From assembly GCA_963845145.1 (NCBI GenBank), contig CAWJQU010000005.1, forward strand, positions 480,001 to 544,000: 64,000 nucleotides of DNA. Reading direction: 5' to 3'. The stretch is from an uncultured delta proteobacterium (GTDB lineage Bacteria > Desulfobacterota > Desulfobacteria > Desulfobacterales > QNYZ01). The translations under genes were made by a program, and so were the position numbers. Under the pieces are notes generated by a model. The model ran no database searches. It was not told the DNA's origin and saw only the letters and a list, made by a program, of their open reading frames with translations. Shown here one piece after another: positions 51,989 to 62,897 of the stretch. Position 1 is the stretch's first letter. Each line of letters starts with the position of its first letter.

Positions 51989-53457
51989 GGAGATCAGACA
52001 AGGTGGTAAAGATCGCAATGATTTTGATGGTCCTGTGCTGTACTTTTTCTACGAATATAGAAGCAAGGGATTTTGGAAAAATATCGCGTTTGGACCAAAA
52101 CTGGGAACTGTACTGGCATAAACTTTTAGATCCGGCTGACTTTCAGGATAAAGAAATCATCTTTGACAAAAAGCATACCTTTCCTTTCTTTTGGAAAGAT
52201 ATTGAAATAGATGGTAAAGCCCTACCTTCGAACGGTTTTTTAACGCTCAGGAAAGTGATTCAAGTTCCGGAATCGCTCATTGGCAAACCATTTGCGCTTC
52301 GTGTTCCCGAAATGTTTAGTGCTTATAAACTGTTCGTAAACGGCGATATAAAAGCAACCAATGGCGTCGTTAGTGATGACCCCAAAACTTTTCGGCCGGA
52401 ATGGAACCCGCAAACCATCACCTTCAAGGTCAACGGTAAGAAAATCGAACTTGTTCTTCAAATCGCTAACTTCTCTTATAAATTAGGAGGGAGCTGGCGC
52501 AATATTGAGTTTGGTTTAGCTGAAAATATAATCAGCAGAACGCATTTTATCATATTTATGGAAGTCTTTTTATTTGCATCGGTTTTAACCATGGGGCTTT
52601 ACCATATAGGGCTTTTTTTAAAACGAAGACAATCGCTTTCATCTCTTTATTTTTCATTATTATGTATAACCGTTGCCCTTCGATCAATGGTTTCCGGTGA
52701 AATACTTATTTATTATTTTTTCAATCCAGGCTGGGAAGTTTTATTAAAATTGAACTTCATTACCGTCGCCTTGATGTCACCATTGTTTATAAAATTCCAA
52801 CATTATCTTTTTCCCGGTTGTTCTAATCAGCGAATCGTCAACGGAGCTATCAGTATTGGCTTGTTGTTTACTTTTTTCATCATTATTTTTCCGGCCAAAA
52901 TACATAGCTTGTTTCTTGATTTGTATCAATTTGCGGGTCTACTTGGCGGGGTCTACATCATCTTTGTTTTTGTGAGGGCCATGATAAGGAAAAAGAGTGG
53001 TGCTTTAATCGGTTTTCTTGCATTTTTAGCCCTTTTTCTTGCCGGACTAAATGATATACTTGCCGTGAAAAATGTGATTAATACGGAGCAGATGCTTCCC
53101 ATGGGCTTAATTGTTTTTTTTGTCGCCCAGTCTTTCATGCTGGCCCAAAAATTCAGCAGCGCTTTGAATAGGGAAGAATTTCTTTCCCATGAACTTGAGG
53201 ATCTAAATAAAAAGCTGGAAGAAAAAGTTGAAGAGCGAACGATTGAATTAAAACTTGCGATAACTGAAATAAAGCAATTAAACGGCTTATTGCCCATGTG
53301 TGCAAAATGTAAAAAAATTCGAGATGACAAGGGGTATTGGAATCAAATTGAGGAGTATCTTTCAGCGCATTCCGATGCGGTTTTTTCCCACAGCATGTGC
53401 CCTCACTGTATCAAGGAGTTGTATCCTGAACTTATGGGTAAAATGGAGATTGGATAG
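51985..53457 (+). CDS. 7TM-DISM receptor with C-terminal Cys4 domain and no kinase
   Basis: WELYWHKLL..SAYKLFVNG..IANF...GG ectodomain; seven TMs; coiled coil; LLPMCAKC...SHSMCPHC. Confidence 0.75.
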   Translation: MRRSDKVVKIAMILMVLCCTFSTNIEARDFGKISRLDQNWELYWHKLLDPADFQDKEIIFDKKHTFPFFWKDIEIDGKALPSNGFLTLRKVIQVPESLIGKPFALRVPEMFSAYKLFVNGDIKATNGVVSDDPKTFRPEWNPQTITFKVNGKKIELVLQIANFSYKLGGSWRNIEFGLAENIISRTHFIIFMEVFLFASVLTMGLYHIGLFLKRRQSLSSLYFSLLCITVALRSMVSGEILIYYFFNPGWEVLLKLNFITVALMSPLFIKFQHYLFPGCSNQRIVNGAISIGLLFTFFIIIFPAKIHSLFLDLYQFAGLLGGVYIIFVFVRAMIRKKSGALIGFLAFLALFLAGLNDILAVKNVINTEQMLPMGLIVFFVAQSFMLAQKFSSALNREEFLSHELEDLNKKLEEKVEERTIELKLAITEIKQLNGLLPMCAKCKKIRDDKGYWNQIEEYLSAHSDAVFSHSMCPHCIKELYPELMGKMEIG

Positions 53458-53500
53458 ATTTATAAATAGGCAGTCCCCACCATTTTTTCTTCTTTTCGGT

Positions 53501-55453
53501 TCACAGCCATATTGATGGGTCCGGGTGCGATGGCTTCGGTTTGGTTGAAGCGGTGCTTATTGCACGATCTAATTTAGAGCTAAGACGGGGAGATTCTCCC
53601 TTGGATTTATGCTGCCGTGTAGAAACCCGGCCCCCTACAAACGACACAAGCTTATCAACCATAGTTTTCATCTGTTTGGCCTGCGCGTTTAGCTTTTTTG
53701 CGGCGGACGCAGAATTTTCAGCATTTTCTGCGTTGTTTTGGGTCACTTTATCCATCTCCATGACGGCTTGAGTGACTTGAGTGATTCCCTGGGATTGTTC
53801 TTTGGATGACCCAGCAATCTCAGCCACCAGTTCACTCACACGTTTAGCACTTCCTTCTACTTGATTGAATTCGGTATTGGTTTGGGAGACGATCACGGCA
53901 CCTTTTTTAACGGTGTCCAGGGTACCATTTATCATTTCAGAGGAGTTCCTGGCTGCGTCAGCCGCGCGAATCGCCAGATTACGGACTTCATCGGCCACCA
54001 CGGCAAACCCGGACCCGGCTTCACCCGCGCGGGCGGCCTCTACGGCAGCGTTTAATGCCAATAGGTTGGTTTGAAATGCAATTTCATCGATCGTTTTGAT
54101 TATTTTTGAAGTCTCCTCACTTGAACTTGAGATAGCGTCCATGGAAATGGTCATTTCGTTCATGGCATGGTTGGCGCTTTTTATCGAGTGTATGGCGTCT
54201 TGCATGAGTTGATCGGCTTGGCCGGCTGCATCCGCATTCTGTTGGGTCATGGCGGCCATCTGTTCCAATGAGGCTGAAGTCTCCTCAATGGAAGCCGCTT
54301 GCTCGGAAGTGCCGTCGGCCAGTGATTGGCTGGTGGAAAAAGTCTGCTGAGAAGCCGATGCCACATCTAAGACACTAAGTCCCATCTGGGAGGATACTGA
54401 TTTTAACATTCGAATAATGCCACGAGAAATGATGATCGATAATGTTAATCCCAGAAATAATGTGATCGCACAAATACCGATAATGCTGATGCGGGTCGTA
54501 TTGGCTTTATCAAGCAGAACCTGGGCGGTTGTGATATTTTGTTGCGCCTCTTTGCGGATCTGCTTAAACAGTTGTTGTACCTCACTGAGCGCCGGTACGG
54601 TTTCGTAAGCGTAAATGGCTTGGGCATCTTCTTGTAATTCGGTTAACCCGTCATGCCAATCTCGAACGGCATCCAAGGCTGAAATCATATTTTGGGCGTG
54701 ACCTTGGGTGTGGGTTTGAAAATAATCAACGGCCATCGCCTTGGTTTCCGCCTTAAGCTTGTGAATTAACGTATCAACGCTTGCATGAAATGAGCTGTGG
54801 GTGGATTTCAAAGTGTTGATTAAGACCGAAAAACCGCTATTTTTCTCACCTATTTTCCCAGTTTCGGGTGAATTGATCCATTTGCCGAATACACACTTTT
54901 TAGGATCGCGCTCGAATTTGATATCTGAATTTTCCGTATCGTATAACCCATCTTTAATGCGGTCCATGGCATTTAAATGATGGGACTTTAGCTCACGCAA
55001 AAACCAGCCTAAGCGATGGTCTACGGAGTGGTATACAGATCCAATTTCCAATGCTGAGTGGTGCAGCGTGCGATGGGGTGTTTCAATCTTTTTAAACAGT
55101 GGCCCCAGTGTGGGAACCAATTGTTCAGCTTTTTGTCGTTGTTCACCATACAACCATTTACCAAAATCGCATTTGTGGTCATCTGTCTGAACATCCAAAT
55201 CAATAATCTCATCATTCATAATAAATGAGGTCAGCTTCTTGACCCAATTGAGGTGGTCGATCTCTTTTTCAACCAAAGTTTGATCAAGCTGATTTCCTGA
55301 AATCACGACCTTAGCGCTGTCCACGATAGATCCAATACCGATAAAGCTCCATATTGCCAAAAGTGAGCATAAAGCAATAATAATTCCAAAGCCCCCGGTT
55401 ATTTTTTTACCAATGGTCAAACGCTTAATCGTCGTCATCACTTTCCTCTTCAT
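53501..55453 (-). CDS. Methyl-accepting chemotaxis protein with two CZB-like domains
   Basis: HLNW..KCDFGKW..HRTLH and [36 protein letters not shown]. Confidence 0.88.
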   Translation of the reverse strand: MKRKVMTTIKRLTIGKKITGGFGIIIALCSLLAIWSFIGIGSIVDSAKVVISGNQLDQTLVEKEIDHLNWVKKLTSFIMNDEIIDLDVQTDDHKCDFGKWLYGEQRQKAEQLVPTLGPLFKKIETPHRTLHHSALEIGSVYHSVDHRLGWFLRELKSHHLNAMDRIKDGLYDTENSDIKFERDPKKCVFGKWINSPETGKIGEKNSGFSVLINTLKSTHSSFHASVDTLIHKLKAETKAMAVDYFQTHTQGHAQNMISALDAVRDWHDGLTELQEDAQAIYAYETVPALSEVQQLFKQIRKEAQQNITTAQVLLDKANTTRISIIGICAITLFLGLTLSIIISRGIIRMLKSVSSQMGLSVLDVASASQQTFSTSQSLADGTSEQAASIEETSASLEQMAAMTQQNADAAGQADQLMQDAIHSIKSANHAMNEMTISMDAISSSSEETSKIIKTIDEIAFQTNLLALNAAVEAARAGEAGSGFAVVADEVRNLAIRAADAARNSSEMINGTLDTVKKGAVIVSQTNTEFNQVEGSAKRVSELVAEIAGSSKEQSQGITQVTQAVMEMDKVTQNNAENAENSASAAKKLNAQAKQMKTMVDKLVSFVGGRVSTRQHKSKGESPRLSSKLDRAISTASTKPKPSHPDPSIWL

Positions 55454-55761
55454 TTTCTTTTTAGGACGAAATCTGATTTCACATCATTGTGTCTTCGGTT
55501 TTTCCAAGCAGGAAGGAATTGCCATATAATGATACATTGCCTATATCGGCCAAAAAATACGATTACTTTAGCTTTAGAGACAATCTATATAAAAAAATGG
55601 GTCGATGATGTCTTGGTAGGAAAGAATAAGATTGATTCGACTGTCGAAATTTGCCATAGGAACGGGAAACAATATAAAATATTTTTTCAGCGATTCTCTT
55701 GCTGCTTGGTAATGGGTTTTATGAACCATGACTGTTAGAGGATACTCTACAGGACAATAAA

Positions 55762-56610
55762 ATGAGTGAATTTTGGCATTGGTGGCAGACGCTGCCACAG
55801 CATATCTCTCCGGTATTATTTGAAATCGGCCCACTAAAGATTCAATATTACGGTTTGATGTATCTAGTGGCTTTTACCATCACCTATCTATTGGTCATTT
55901 ATCGATTGAAAAAGGAAGACAGCCACACGCTCTCTTCAGATCAAGTTCAATCCCTTTTCACCGCCATGATCATCGGTTTATTGGTGGGTGCGCGACTGGG
56001 GTATGTTCTTTTTTATAATCTCTCTTATTACTTACGTCACCCCCTGGAGATTATTCTTCCTTTTGATTTTTCCAATGGGGTCACCTTTACCGGCATTGCG
56101 GGCATGTCTTTCCATGGGGGCCTGATCGGAACCATCGTGGCTTTCTGGCTTTATGTTCGTAAGGCCAAAAAGGGCTTTTTTCAGACGGCCGACCTGATCG
56201 TTCCGGCTATTCCATTGGGCTATACCTTTGGCCGCATCGGCAATTTTATAAACGGGGAGCTCTATGGGCGCGTGACCCAAAAACCCTGGGGAATGTTCTT
56301 TCCCACGGCGCCAACCCATGCCCTGCGGCATCCGTCTCAGCTCTATGAGGCGTTTTTTGAAGGCATCTTCCTCTTCGCCGTGCTTTGGACCCTGCGAAAG
56401 CGTGTGCATATATCAGGCGCCATGTTGGCCCTGTACCTGATCGGGTATGGGCTGGCCCGTTTTATCATCGAATATTTCCGGCAACCCGATGATCACCTGG
56501 GTTTTGTTTTGCTGCAATTTTCCATGGGGCAAATTCTTTGTGCCCTGATGGTCGCCATAGGCTTGATCATGCTGGTTTATTTGAAAGGGCACCAGATATC
56601 AGACAGATAG
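55762..56610 (+). CDS. lgt: Prolipoprotein diacylglyceryl transferase
   Basis: GARLGYVLFY, GMSFHGG, GRIGNFINGELYGR, HPSQLYE. Confidence 0.95.
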   Translation: MSEFWHWWQTLPQHISPVLFEIGPLKIQYYGLMYLVAFTITYLLVIYRLKKEDSHTLSSDQVQSLFTAMIIGLLVGARLGYVLFYNLSYYLRHPLEIILPFDFSNGVTFTGIAGMSFHGGLIGTIVAFWLYVRKAKKGFFQTADLIVPAIPLGYTFGRIGNFINGELYGRVTQKPWGMFFPTAPTHALRHPSQLYEAFFEGIFLFAVLWTLRKRVHISGAMLALYLIGYGLARFIIEYFRQPDDHLGFVLLQFSMGQILCALMVAIGLIMLVYLKGHQISDR

Positions 56611-56674
56611 CATTGTATGCGCCAGCCACTATCTTGTGGTTTATCGATAAAAATGGATAGAGTGAACCGATACA

Positions 56675-56716
56675 GGCGGGGTCACACCGGTTCGAACTAC
56701 CCGGAGTGACACCGCC
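56675..56716. terminator. Hairpin between convergent lgt and glnA
   Basis: ggcggggtcacaccgg...ccggagtgacaccgcc; weak T tails. Confidence 0.45.
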
Positions 56717-56742
56717 GGCCATTTATTTAGATAGGCTCACAC

Positions 56743-58155
56743 CTAAATATCGTAGTAAAGAAAAAACTCATGGGGATGGGGTCTTAGTTTAACAGGGTTG
56801 ACCTCATTTTCGGTTTTATAATCAACCCACATATCCAATGCATCCCGGGTGAAGACATCCCCTTTTAGCAAGAATTCGTGGTCGTCCTTTAAAGCCTGAA
56901 GCGCTTCATCCAATGAACCCGGAGCCGTGGGGATCTCCGCCAGCTCTTCCGGCGGCAACCCGTAGATGTCCTTATCAAGCGGATCACCGGGATCAATCTT
57001 TTTTTCGATGCCATCCAACACGGCCATCAGAATCGCCGAAAATGCCAGATAACCATTGCAGGAGGGGTCCGGTGTGCGGAACTCGATCCGTTTGGCCTTG
57101 GGAGACATGGAGTACATGGGTATTCGAACAGCGGCGCTACGGTTACGGCTCGAATAGGCCAGGTTCACCGGGGCTTCAAAGCCCGGGACCAGACGCTTAT
57201 ACGAATTGGTCGTCGGATTGCTAAACGCGCACAACGCTCGGCAGTGGGTAAGTATCCCCCCGATGGCCCAGAGCGCCTCCTGGGAAATACCGGCATATTT
57301 ATCGCCGGCAAACAGGGGCTGCCCCTCCTTCCAGATACTGACATGGGTATGCATGCCGGTTCCGTTATCCTCAAACAGCGGTTTGGGCATAAAGGTAACT
57401 GTGTGTCCGTTTTGATAAGCGCAGTTTTTAAGAACATATTTAAACCACATCAACTGATCGGCCATCTCTAACAGGGGTTTAAAGCGCATATCGATCTCGG
57501 ATTGTCCGGCGGTGGCGACCTCATGATGCTGGGCCTCTATCTCAATACCTAAGTTTTCGAGGGTAATTAGCATCTCGGAGCGCAGATCCTGAAATTTATC
57601 CATGGGCGGCACAGGATAATAGCCCCCTTTGTGGCGCGGCTTGTACCCAAGGTTCGGCCCCTCGTCGCGGGCCGTATTCCAGGCGCCTTCGATGGAATCG
57701 ATCTCGTAAAAGGCGCCCCGTCGGGTCGATTCGAAACGAATATCATCAAAGATAAAAAATTCTGCCTCCGGACCGATGAAGGCCACATCGCCGATACCGG
57801 TGGTTTTCAGATAGTTCTCCGCTTTTTTGGCAATATGCCTTGGATCGCGGGAATAGGGCTCACGGGTGATCGGGTCCATGATATCGCCGATAAGAACCAA
57901 GGTGGGTGCTTTGAAAAAAGGATCCATCTTGGCAGTGGCCGCATCGGGAACCACCAGCATATCGCTGGCGTGAATTGGTTGCCATCCTCGGATACTCGAT
58001 GCATCAAAGCCAAAGCCGTCCTCAAAGCTTGCCTCATCCAACTCACCTATGGGGACGCTGAAGTGTTGCCACACGCCCGGAAAATCGATAAATCGAATAT
58101 CCACCACACGTACATCGTTCTCTTTTGCCAGTTTTAATGCATCTGCCGGTGTCAT
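56743..58155 (-). CDS. glnA: Glutamine synthetase type I
   Basis: [36 protein letters not shown]; adenylylation-site Tyr in DKDIY. Confidence 0.96.
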   Translation of the reverse strand: MTPADALKLAKENDVRVVDIRFIDFPGVWQHFSVPIGELDEASFEDGFGFDASSIRGWQPIHASDMLVVPDAATAKMDPFFKAPTLVLIGDIMDPITREPYSRDPRHIAKKAENYLKTTGIGDVAFIGPEAEFFIFDDIRFESTRRGAFYEIDSIEGAWNTARDEGPNLGYKPRHKGGYYPVPPMDKFQDLRSEMLITLENLGIEIEAQHHEVATAGQSEIDMRFKPLLEMADQLMWFKYVLKNCAYQNGHTVTFMPKPLFEDNGTGMHTHVSIWKEGQPLFAGDKYAGISQEALWAIGGILTHCRALCAFSNPTTNSYKRLVPGFEAPVNLAYSSRNRSAAVRIPMYSMSPKAKRIEFRTPDPSCNGYLAFSAILMAVLDGIEKKIDPGDPLDKDIYGLPPEELAEIPTAPGSLDEALQALKDDHEFLLKGDVFTRDALDMWVDYKTENEVNPVKLRPHPHEFFLYYDI

Positions 58156-58243
58156 AGTCGGTATCCCCTTTCATTAAAATTAGTTTTTTATTGATGATCT
58201 AAACCAAAACGGTTTTAGCTCATGCCAAAAGTGTTACGGACGC

Positions 58244-58585
<342 letters not shown>

Positions 58586-58642
58586 CTATCTCCTCCTCGG
58601 ATTAAATGGGTCAAAAGTGGGTTCAATGCATTTTATAATGAT

Positions 58643-59938
58643 TTATGATATTTCAAAAGCCCTTTCACCGTGGATCGCACTATCGAGACCTTCGATCTCG
58701 TTTTCAGCCGTCACGCGGATACCCCGGGTAATAGCTTTGGTCGCCGCCAGGACACACAAAGTACCTATGGCGGTGAAGAGCGCCGTGGCGATAATTGAAA
58801 CGAATTGTATCCAAACCTGCTTCGGATTGCCGTAAAAAAGCCCGGCAGCCCCCTGCGTGATTCTCGGATCGGCGAAAAAGCCGGTAGCCAAAGCGCCCCA
58901 GATACCGCAAATGCCATGGACACCGAAAGCATCCAAAGAATCGTCATAACCGGCTTTTTTCTTCAAAAAAGTCACACCATAGAACCCGAGAATACCGGCA
59001 CCAACGCCAATGATCAACGCCCCCGAAAGATTGACGAATCCCGCTGCTGGGGTTATAGCCACCAGTCCGGCGACAACCCCGGACGCAATTCCCAGGACGG
59101 TTGGCTTTTGGCTTGTTCTCCATTCGACCAGCATCCAGGTCAGGGCCCCCACGGCAGCCGATGTATTGGTCACCAGAAAAGCCGAACTTGCGACCCCGTC
59201 AGCAGCCAGTTGACTACCCGCGTTAAAGCCGAACCAACCGAACCATAAAAGGGCTGCCCCCAAAGCTGTAAGGGAAATACTCGATGGAAACATGGCCTCC
59301 TTACCATATCCGATCCGTTTGCCCAGCGTCAGACAAAGGACCAAACCTGCCACTCCGGCGTTGATATGGACCACGTTCCCGCCGGCGAAGTCGAGGGCGC
59401 CCATGTCTCCCATCCAACCGCCCCCCCAGACCCAGTGAGCAATCGGGCAATACACTACGGTGACCCATAAAATCGTGAAGACAATCCAAGCGGAAAATTT
59501 CATTCGATCCACAATGGACCCAAGCACCAAGGCCACGGTGATGGCGGCGAAGGTCATCTGAAAGAGCGCGAAAATTAGCGTCGGAATGGTACCGGAAAGG
59601 TCATTTACACCAATCCCGGCCATAAACAGATAATCCAGTCCCCCAATGATGCCAGCCTTATCCGTTCCAAAAGCGAGGCTATACCCCCACATTACCCAAA
59701 TCACACTGGCCAGACAATATGCGGTAAACGTCATCGCGAAAGTATTCAGCAAATTTTTATATCTGGACATACCCCCGTAAAACAATGCCAATCCGGCAGG
59801 GGTCATCATCATCACCAATGCGGTGGATACGATCATCCAGGAAGTGTCACCTGAATTCAGGGCGCTCTCTTCGGCAAAAGCCCTTGAAAGGGGCAAGAGA
59901 GAAAAGCCAAGCGTTAATGTTTTTGTTTTTAGTCTCAT
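58643..59938 (-). CDS. amtB: Ammonium transporter
   Basis: FQMTFA, DFAGGNVVH, WFGWFGFNAGS, DDSLDAFGVHG. Confidence 0.95.
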   Translation of the reverse strand: MRLKTKTLTLGFSLLPLSRAFAEESALNSGDTSWMIVSTALVMMMTPAGLALFYGGMSRYKNLLNTFAMTFTAYCLASVIWVMWGYSLAFGTDKAGIIGGLDYLFMAGIGVNDLSGTIPTLIFALFQMTFAAITVALVLGSIVDRMKFSAWIVFTILWVTVVYCPIAHWVWGGGWMGDMGALDFAGGNVVHINAGVAGLVLCLTLGKRIGYGKEAMFPSSISLTALGAALLWFGWFGFNAGSQLAADGVASSAFLVTNTSAAVGALTWMLVEWRTSQKPTVLGIASGVVAGLVAITPAAGFVNLSGALIIGVGAGILGFYGVTFLKKKAGYDDSLDAFGVHGICGIWGALATGFFADPRITQGAAGLFYGNPKQVWIQFVSIIATALFTAIGTLCVLAATKAITRGIRVTAENEIEGLDSAIHGERAFEIS

Positions 59939-59967
59939 TTTGGTTTAGTCCTCGTCACTTTTAATGG

Positions 59968-62607
59968 TTATATTGAATCACCGGCGCTAACCAGAGACCT
60001 GATCAGCGCTTGCTTAATGGTTGTTTCCGTCTTTGGTGTGTCAATCTTATTGCCGTTAAGATCGCGAACGTAAAAGATATCAACGACCTGATCAACATTG
60101 GTAGCGATTTTGGCCACCCAGATATCCAGCCGGCACCGAAAGAGAGCGTCTGTCACCTTGAACAAAAGTCCGGGGAAATCATTGGCAAATATTTCGATGA
60201 TGGTAAAGTAACTCGAAGTCGAATTATCGATTCTGACACACGGTGCGTTTACGTCTCCGGGAATTCGTTCAGCTTGATATACGGCCAACTTCTTCTTTAT
60301 AGCCGGGTGTAAATCGAGCTGATCAGCTAAAGCCAACTCAAAATCGCGGCCGGTTTTTTCCCATTGGTCTTTTTCAAAAATAGGATCGGGCGGGGCGGTG
60401 ACCTCGAAAATATCCAGAGCGATATTGTTGCGCCAGGTGTAAATTTGGGCATTCAAAATGTCGATGCGGTTTAGGGTGAACACCCCGGCGATTTTAGAGA
60501 AAAGCCCCGGCCGATCATGGGTACATATAGTTATCGTACGGGTATCTTTGGTTGCCGCCGATGCAATTTCCCAAACATAAGGTTGTCGGCCCAGGGTTTG
60601 GTATAAATCGATGTGCGCTAACATGGCCTTCGCTGGTATATAGTGAAGGTATCGTGGAGACATCGCTCCAAATATGGCTTCAATATCGCGATGGTTGGTA
60701 TCGGCGGACGCGGTAGAAAACACCTTCGCCTTTTTTCTTTCAAGGACCCGCTCCGCCTGCCCTGACGCCAGCTCCCCTTTTTCGAGCATGTTGGCTGTTT
60801 TTAAAAACAGGTCTTGCAGCAAAGCCGCCGTCCATCCATTCCAGGCTTTGGGGCCGGTGGCCACCGAGTCAGCGACACTCAATAGATATAGCATCTTGAG
60901 ACGCGGGAGCGTCTTGATATGACGGGCACAGAAAATGGCCGTTTCTTCATCCTGAATATCGCGTCGTAAGGCGGCGTGGACGAGGAAAAGATGCTCCCGG
61001 ATGAGAAAAGAGACCGTATTCACACTTTTGGGGGGCATCCCCCTTCGTGTCAACAGATCATGCGCGATGACAGCCCCCTTCTCGGCGTGATGCCCCCCGG
61101 CCGGATGGCCCTTGGCCACATCATGGAGCAAGGCTGCCCAGCACAATAGCTTTTTGGCGGTGGTTTCTTTGTAAAGGTTGGCGCATAGCCGACATTCGGC
61201 GGTATCCTCAGGGGTCCCGAAACTTTTTAATGCGCGCACCACTCGCAGGGAATGCCGGTCTACCGGGTAAATATGGTAGGCGTTGTAAAGAATGCGATTA
61301 TGGATATGTTTAAACTCGGGTAAAAATTTGATTAAAATCCCGGTATCCAGCATCTCGTTCAGCACATTGAATCGAACCGACGGCGTAACTAAAATACGCT
61401 CGAAGGCCTCAATCACTGCAGGCGAACGCCTGAAGGGTGTATTCACCAAATGTAAAAAATCCATAACGAGTCGTCTGGCCTCAGGGGTCAGGGGGCGACT
61501 CGAGCGGGCACTTTCAAGAAAAATCCGAATTAACAGGTGTGGATCGGCCACGATGTCTTTCGCGGAGCGAAAATTGAGCATCTCTTTTTGAACCACGAGC
61601 CCCGAATGTTTCGGCTGCTTTCCCGCGCCACTGAGCCGGCTGGCGGACCTATTGTGGTCATGTTCGTATAAGAACATCTCCCCCAAATATTTCAGCCAAG
61701 CCATTTTACTGTGAAGTTTGCCTAAAAATCGCTCCACCGGTTGCTGGCCATTCCCTGCAGTAAAGCCAGTGCTATGAGACAGCTTTTCCTGGTATTCGAA
61801 ATAGAGCTGATCGCACTTTCGGCCTGCCAAAAGGTGCAGGTCGTTGCGCACGCGCCAGATAAATCTCAGCGCGTCTTCGAGCAGCCTGAATTCATTGTGT
61901 GATAGGCAACCGAGATACTCCAGATCCCGGCGGGTTTTGACACCCTTGGTAACCCGGGCGATCCATAAAAGAGTATGATAATCTCTTAATCCCCCATGCC
62001 CTTCTTTCAAGTTGGGTTGCAAAAGATTGGCAGAGTCACCGAAACGTTTATGGCGGCGGCGGTTGATCGCCACCAGCTCGGAAACGACCCGGTCGGCACG
62101 TTTGGCCAAAAGGCGACCCCGTAAGGTTGTTTCCAATTGAGTGAAAAGGGGTGCCATTCCGCAGATAAAGCGGGCATCCAGCATGGCCGTGAGATTTTCC
62201 AGGTCCGCTTCGGCCTCATCGATGCAATCATTTAACGAGCGGGTGGCGTGCCCCACATCGATGCCAAGATCCCAAAGGGGGAAAAGGATCTCTTCCACCA
62301 AATCGGCAGCGATTTTAGGGACGCGCTTATCAAATAAAAAAAGCAGATCGATATCGGAATGCAGACATTGCTCCTGGCGACCATAACCACCGAGGGCAAC
62401 AATAGCCCAGGGGTTGCGTGTGGGTTTAATTTTTGGGCCCACAATGCTGCCCGCATATTGCTCCTGAAAATAGTTGTCAAATACCCGCGCATGGGCAAGG
62501 ATAAAATCGGATGATTGTCCGTCGGATAAGGCCTCAATCAGGGCCTGACGTTTTTCCCGAAGTTTTATATTTACCGTATTCATATTTCGTATGGTGTTCC
62601 GGCTCAT
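59968..62607 (-). CDS. glnD: [Protein-PII] uridylyltransferase
   Basis: ALGGYGR..HSDIDL, NLKEGHGGLRD, HD domain LLHDVAKG, two ACT domains. Confidence 0.93.
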   Translation of the reverse strand: MSRNTIRNMNTVNIKLREKRQALIEALSDGQSSDFILAHARVFDNYFQEQYAGSIVGPKIKPTRNPWAIVALGGYGRQEQCLHSDIDLLFLFDKRVPKIAADLVEEILFPLWDLGIDVGHATRSLNDCIDEAEADLENLTAMLDARFICGMAPLFTQLETTLRGRLLAKRADRVVSELVAINRRRHKRFGDSANLLQPNLKEGHGGLRDYHTLLWIARVTKGVKTRRDLEYLGCLSHNEFRLLEDALRFIWRVRNDLHLLAGRKCDQLYFEYQEKLSHSTGFTAGNGQQPVERFLGKLHSKMAWLKYLGEMFLYEHDHNRSASRLSGAGKQPKHSGLVVQKEMLNFRSAKDIVADPHLLIRIFLESARSSRPLTPEARRLVMDFLHLVNTPFRRSPAVIEAFERILVTPSVRFNVLNEMLDTGILIKFLPEFKHIHNRILYNAYHIYPVDRHSLRVVRALKSFGTPEDTAECRLCANLYKETTAKKLLCWAALLHDVAKGHPAGGHHAEKGAVIAHDLLTRRGMPPKSVNTVSFLIREHLFLVHAALRRDIQDEETAIFCARHIKTLPRLKMLYLLSVADSVATGPKAWNGWTAALLQDLFLKTANMLEKGELASGQAERVLERKKAKVFSTASADTNHRDIEAIFGAMSPRYLHYIPAKAMLAHIDLYQTLGRQPYVWEIASAATKDTRTITICTHDRPGLFSKIAGVFTLNRIDILNAQIYTWRNNIALDIFEVTAPPDPIFEKDQWEKTGRDFELALADQLDLHPAIKKKLAVYQAERIPGDVNAPCVRIDNSTSSYFTIIEIFANDFPGLLFKVTDALFRCRLDIWVAKIATNVDQVVDIFYVRDLNGNKIDTPKTETTIKQALIRSLVSAGDSI

Positions 62608-62654
62608 CTCTTTTTGCTGACCTTTCGGTGAATGACAATAGCTATCTAATAACT

Positions 62655-62671
62655 ATCCAAGATGTGTGCCA
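62655..62671 (-). promoter_or_regulatory. Possible sigma54 promoter (variant -12) for glnD-amtB-PII-glnA
   Basis: TGGCACACATCTTGGAT: consensus -24, with TTGG in place of TTGC. Confidence 0.5.
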
Positions 62672-62897
62672 TTGGGTGTATAATTATTATTTTTCTTTTT
62701 AATACAGATAGATAAGTAGAACCAGAGATTTCATTTGGCCTAACCAAAATGAACATTTTTGTATATTTTGCCTTCTTTATATAACAAAATTGTATAGATT
62801 GTGATTTTTTTCGCTTCTTACAAATTTGGTAAAAACTTATCCCTTAGAAATCTATAAATAGCCACAAAAATTCAGACTGGACATTAAACGAAAAGCT

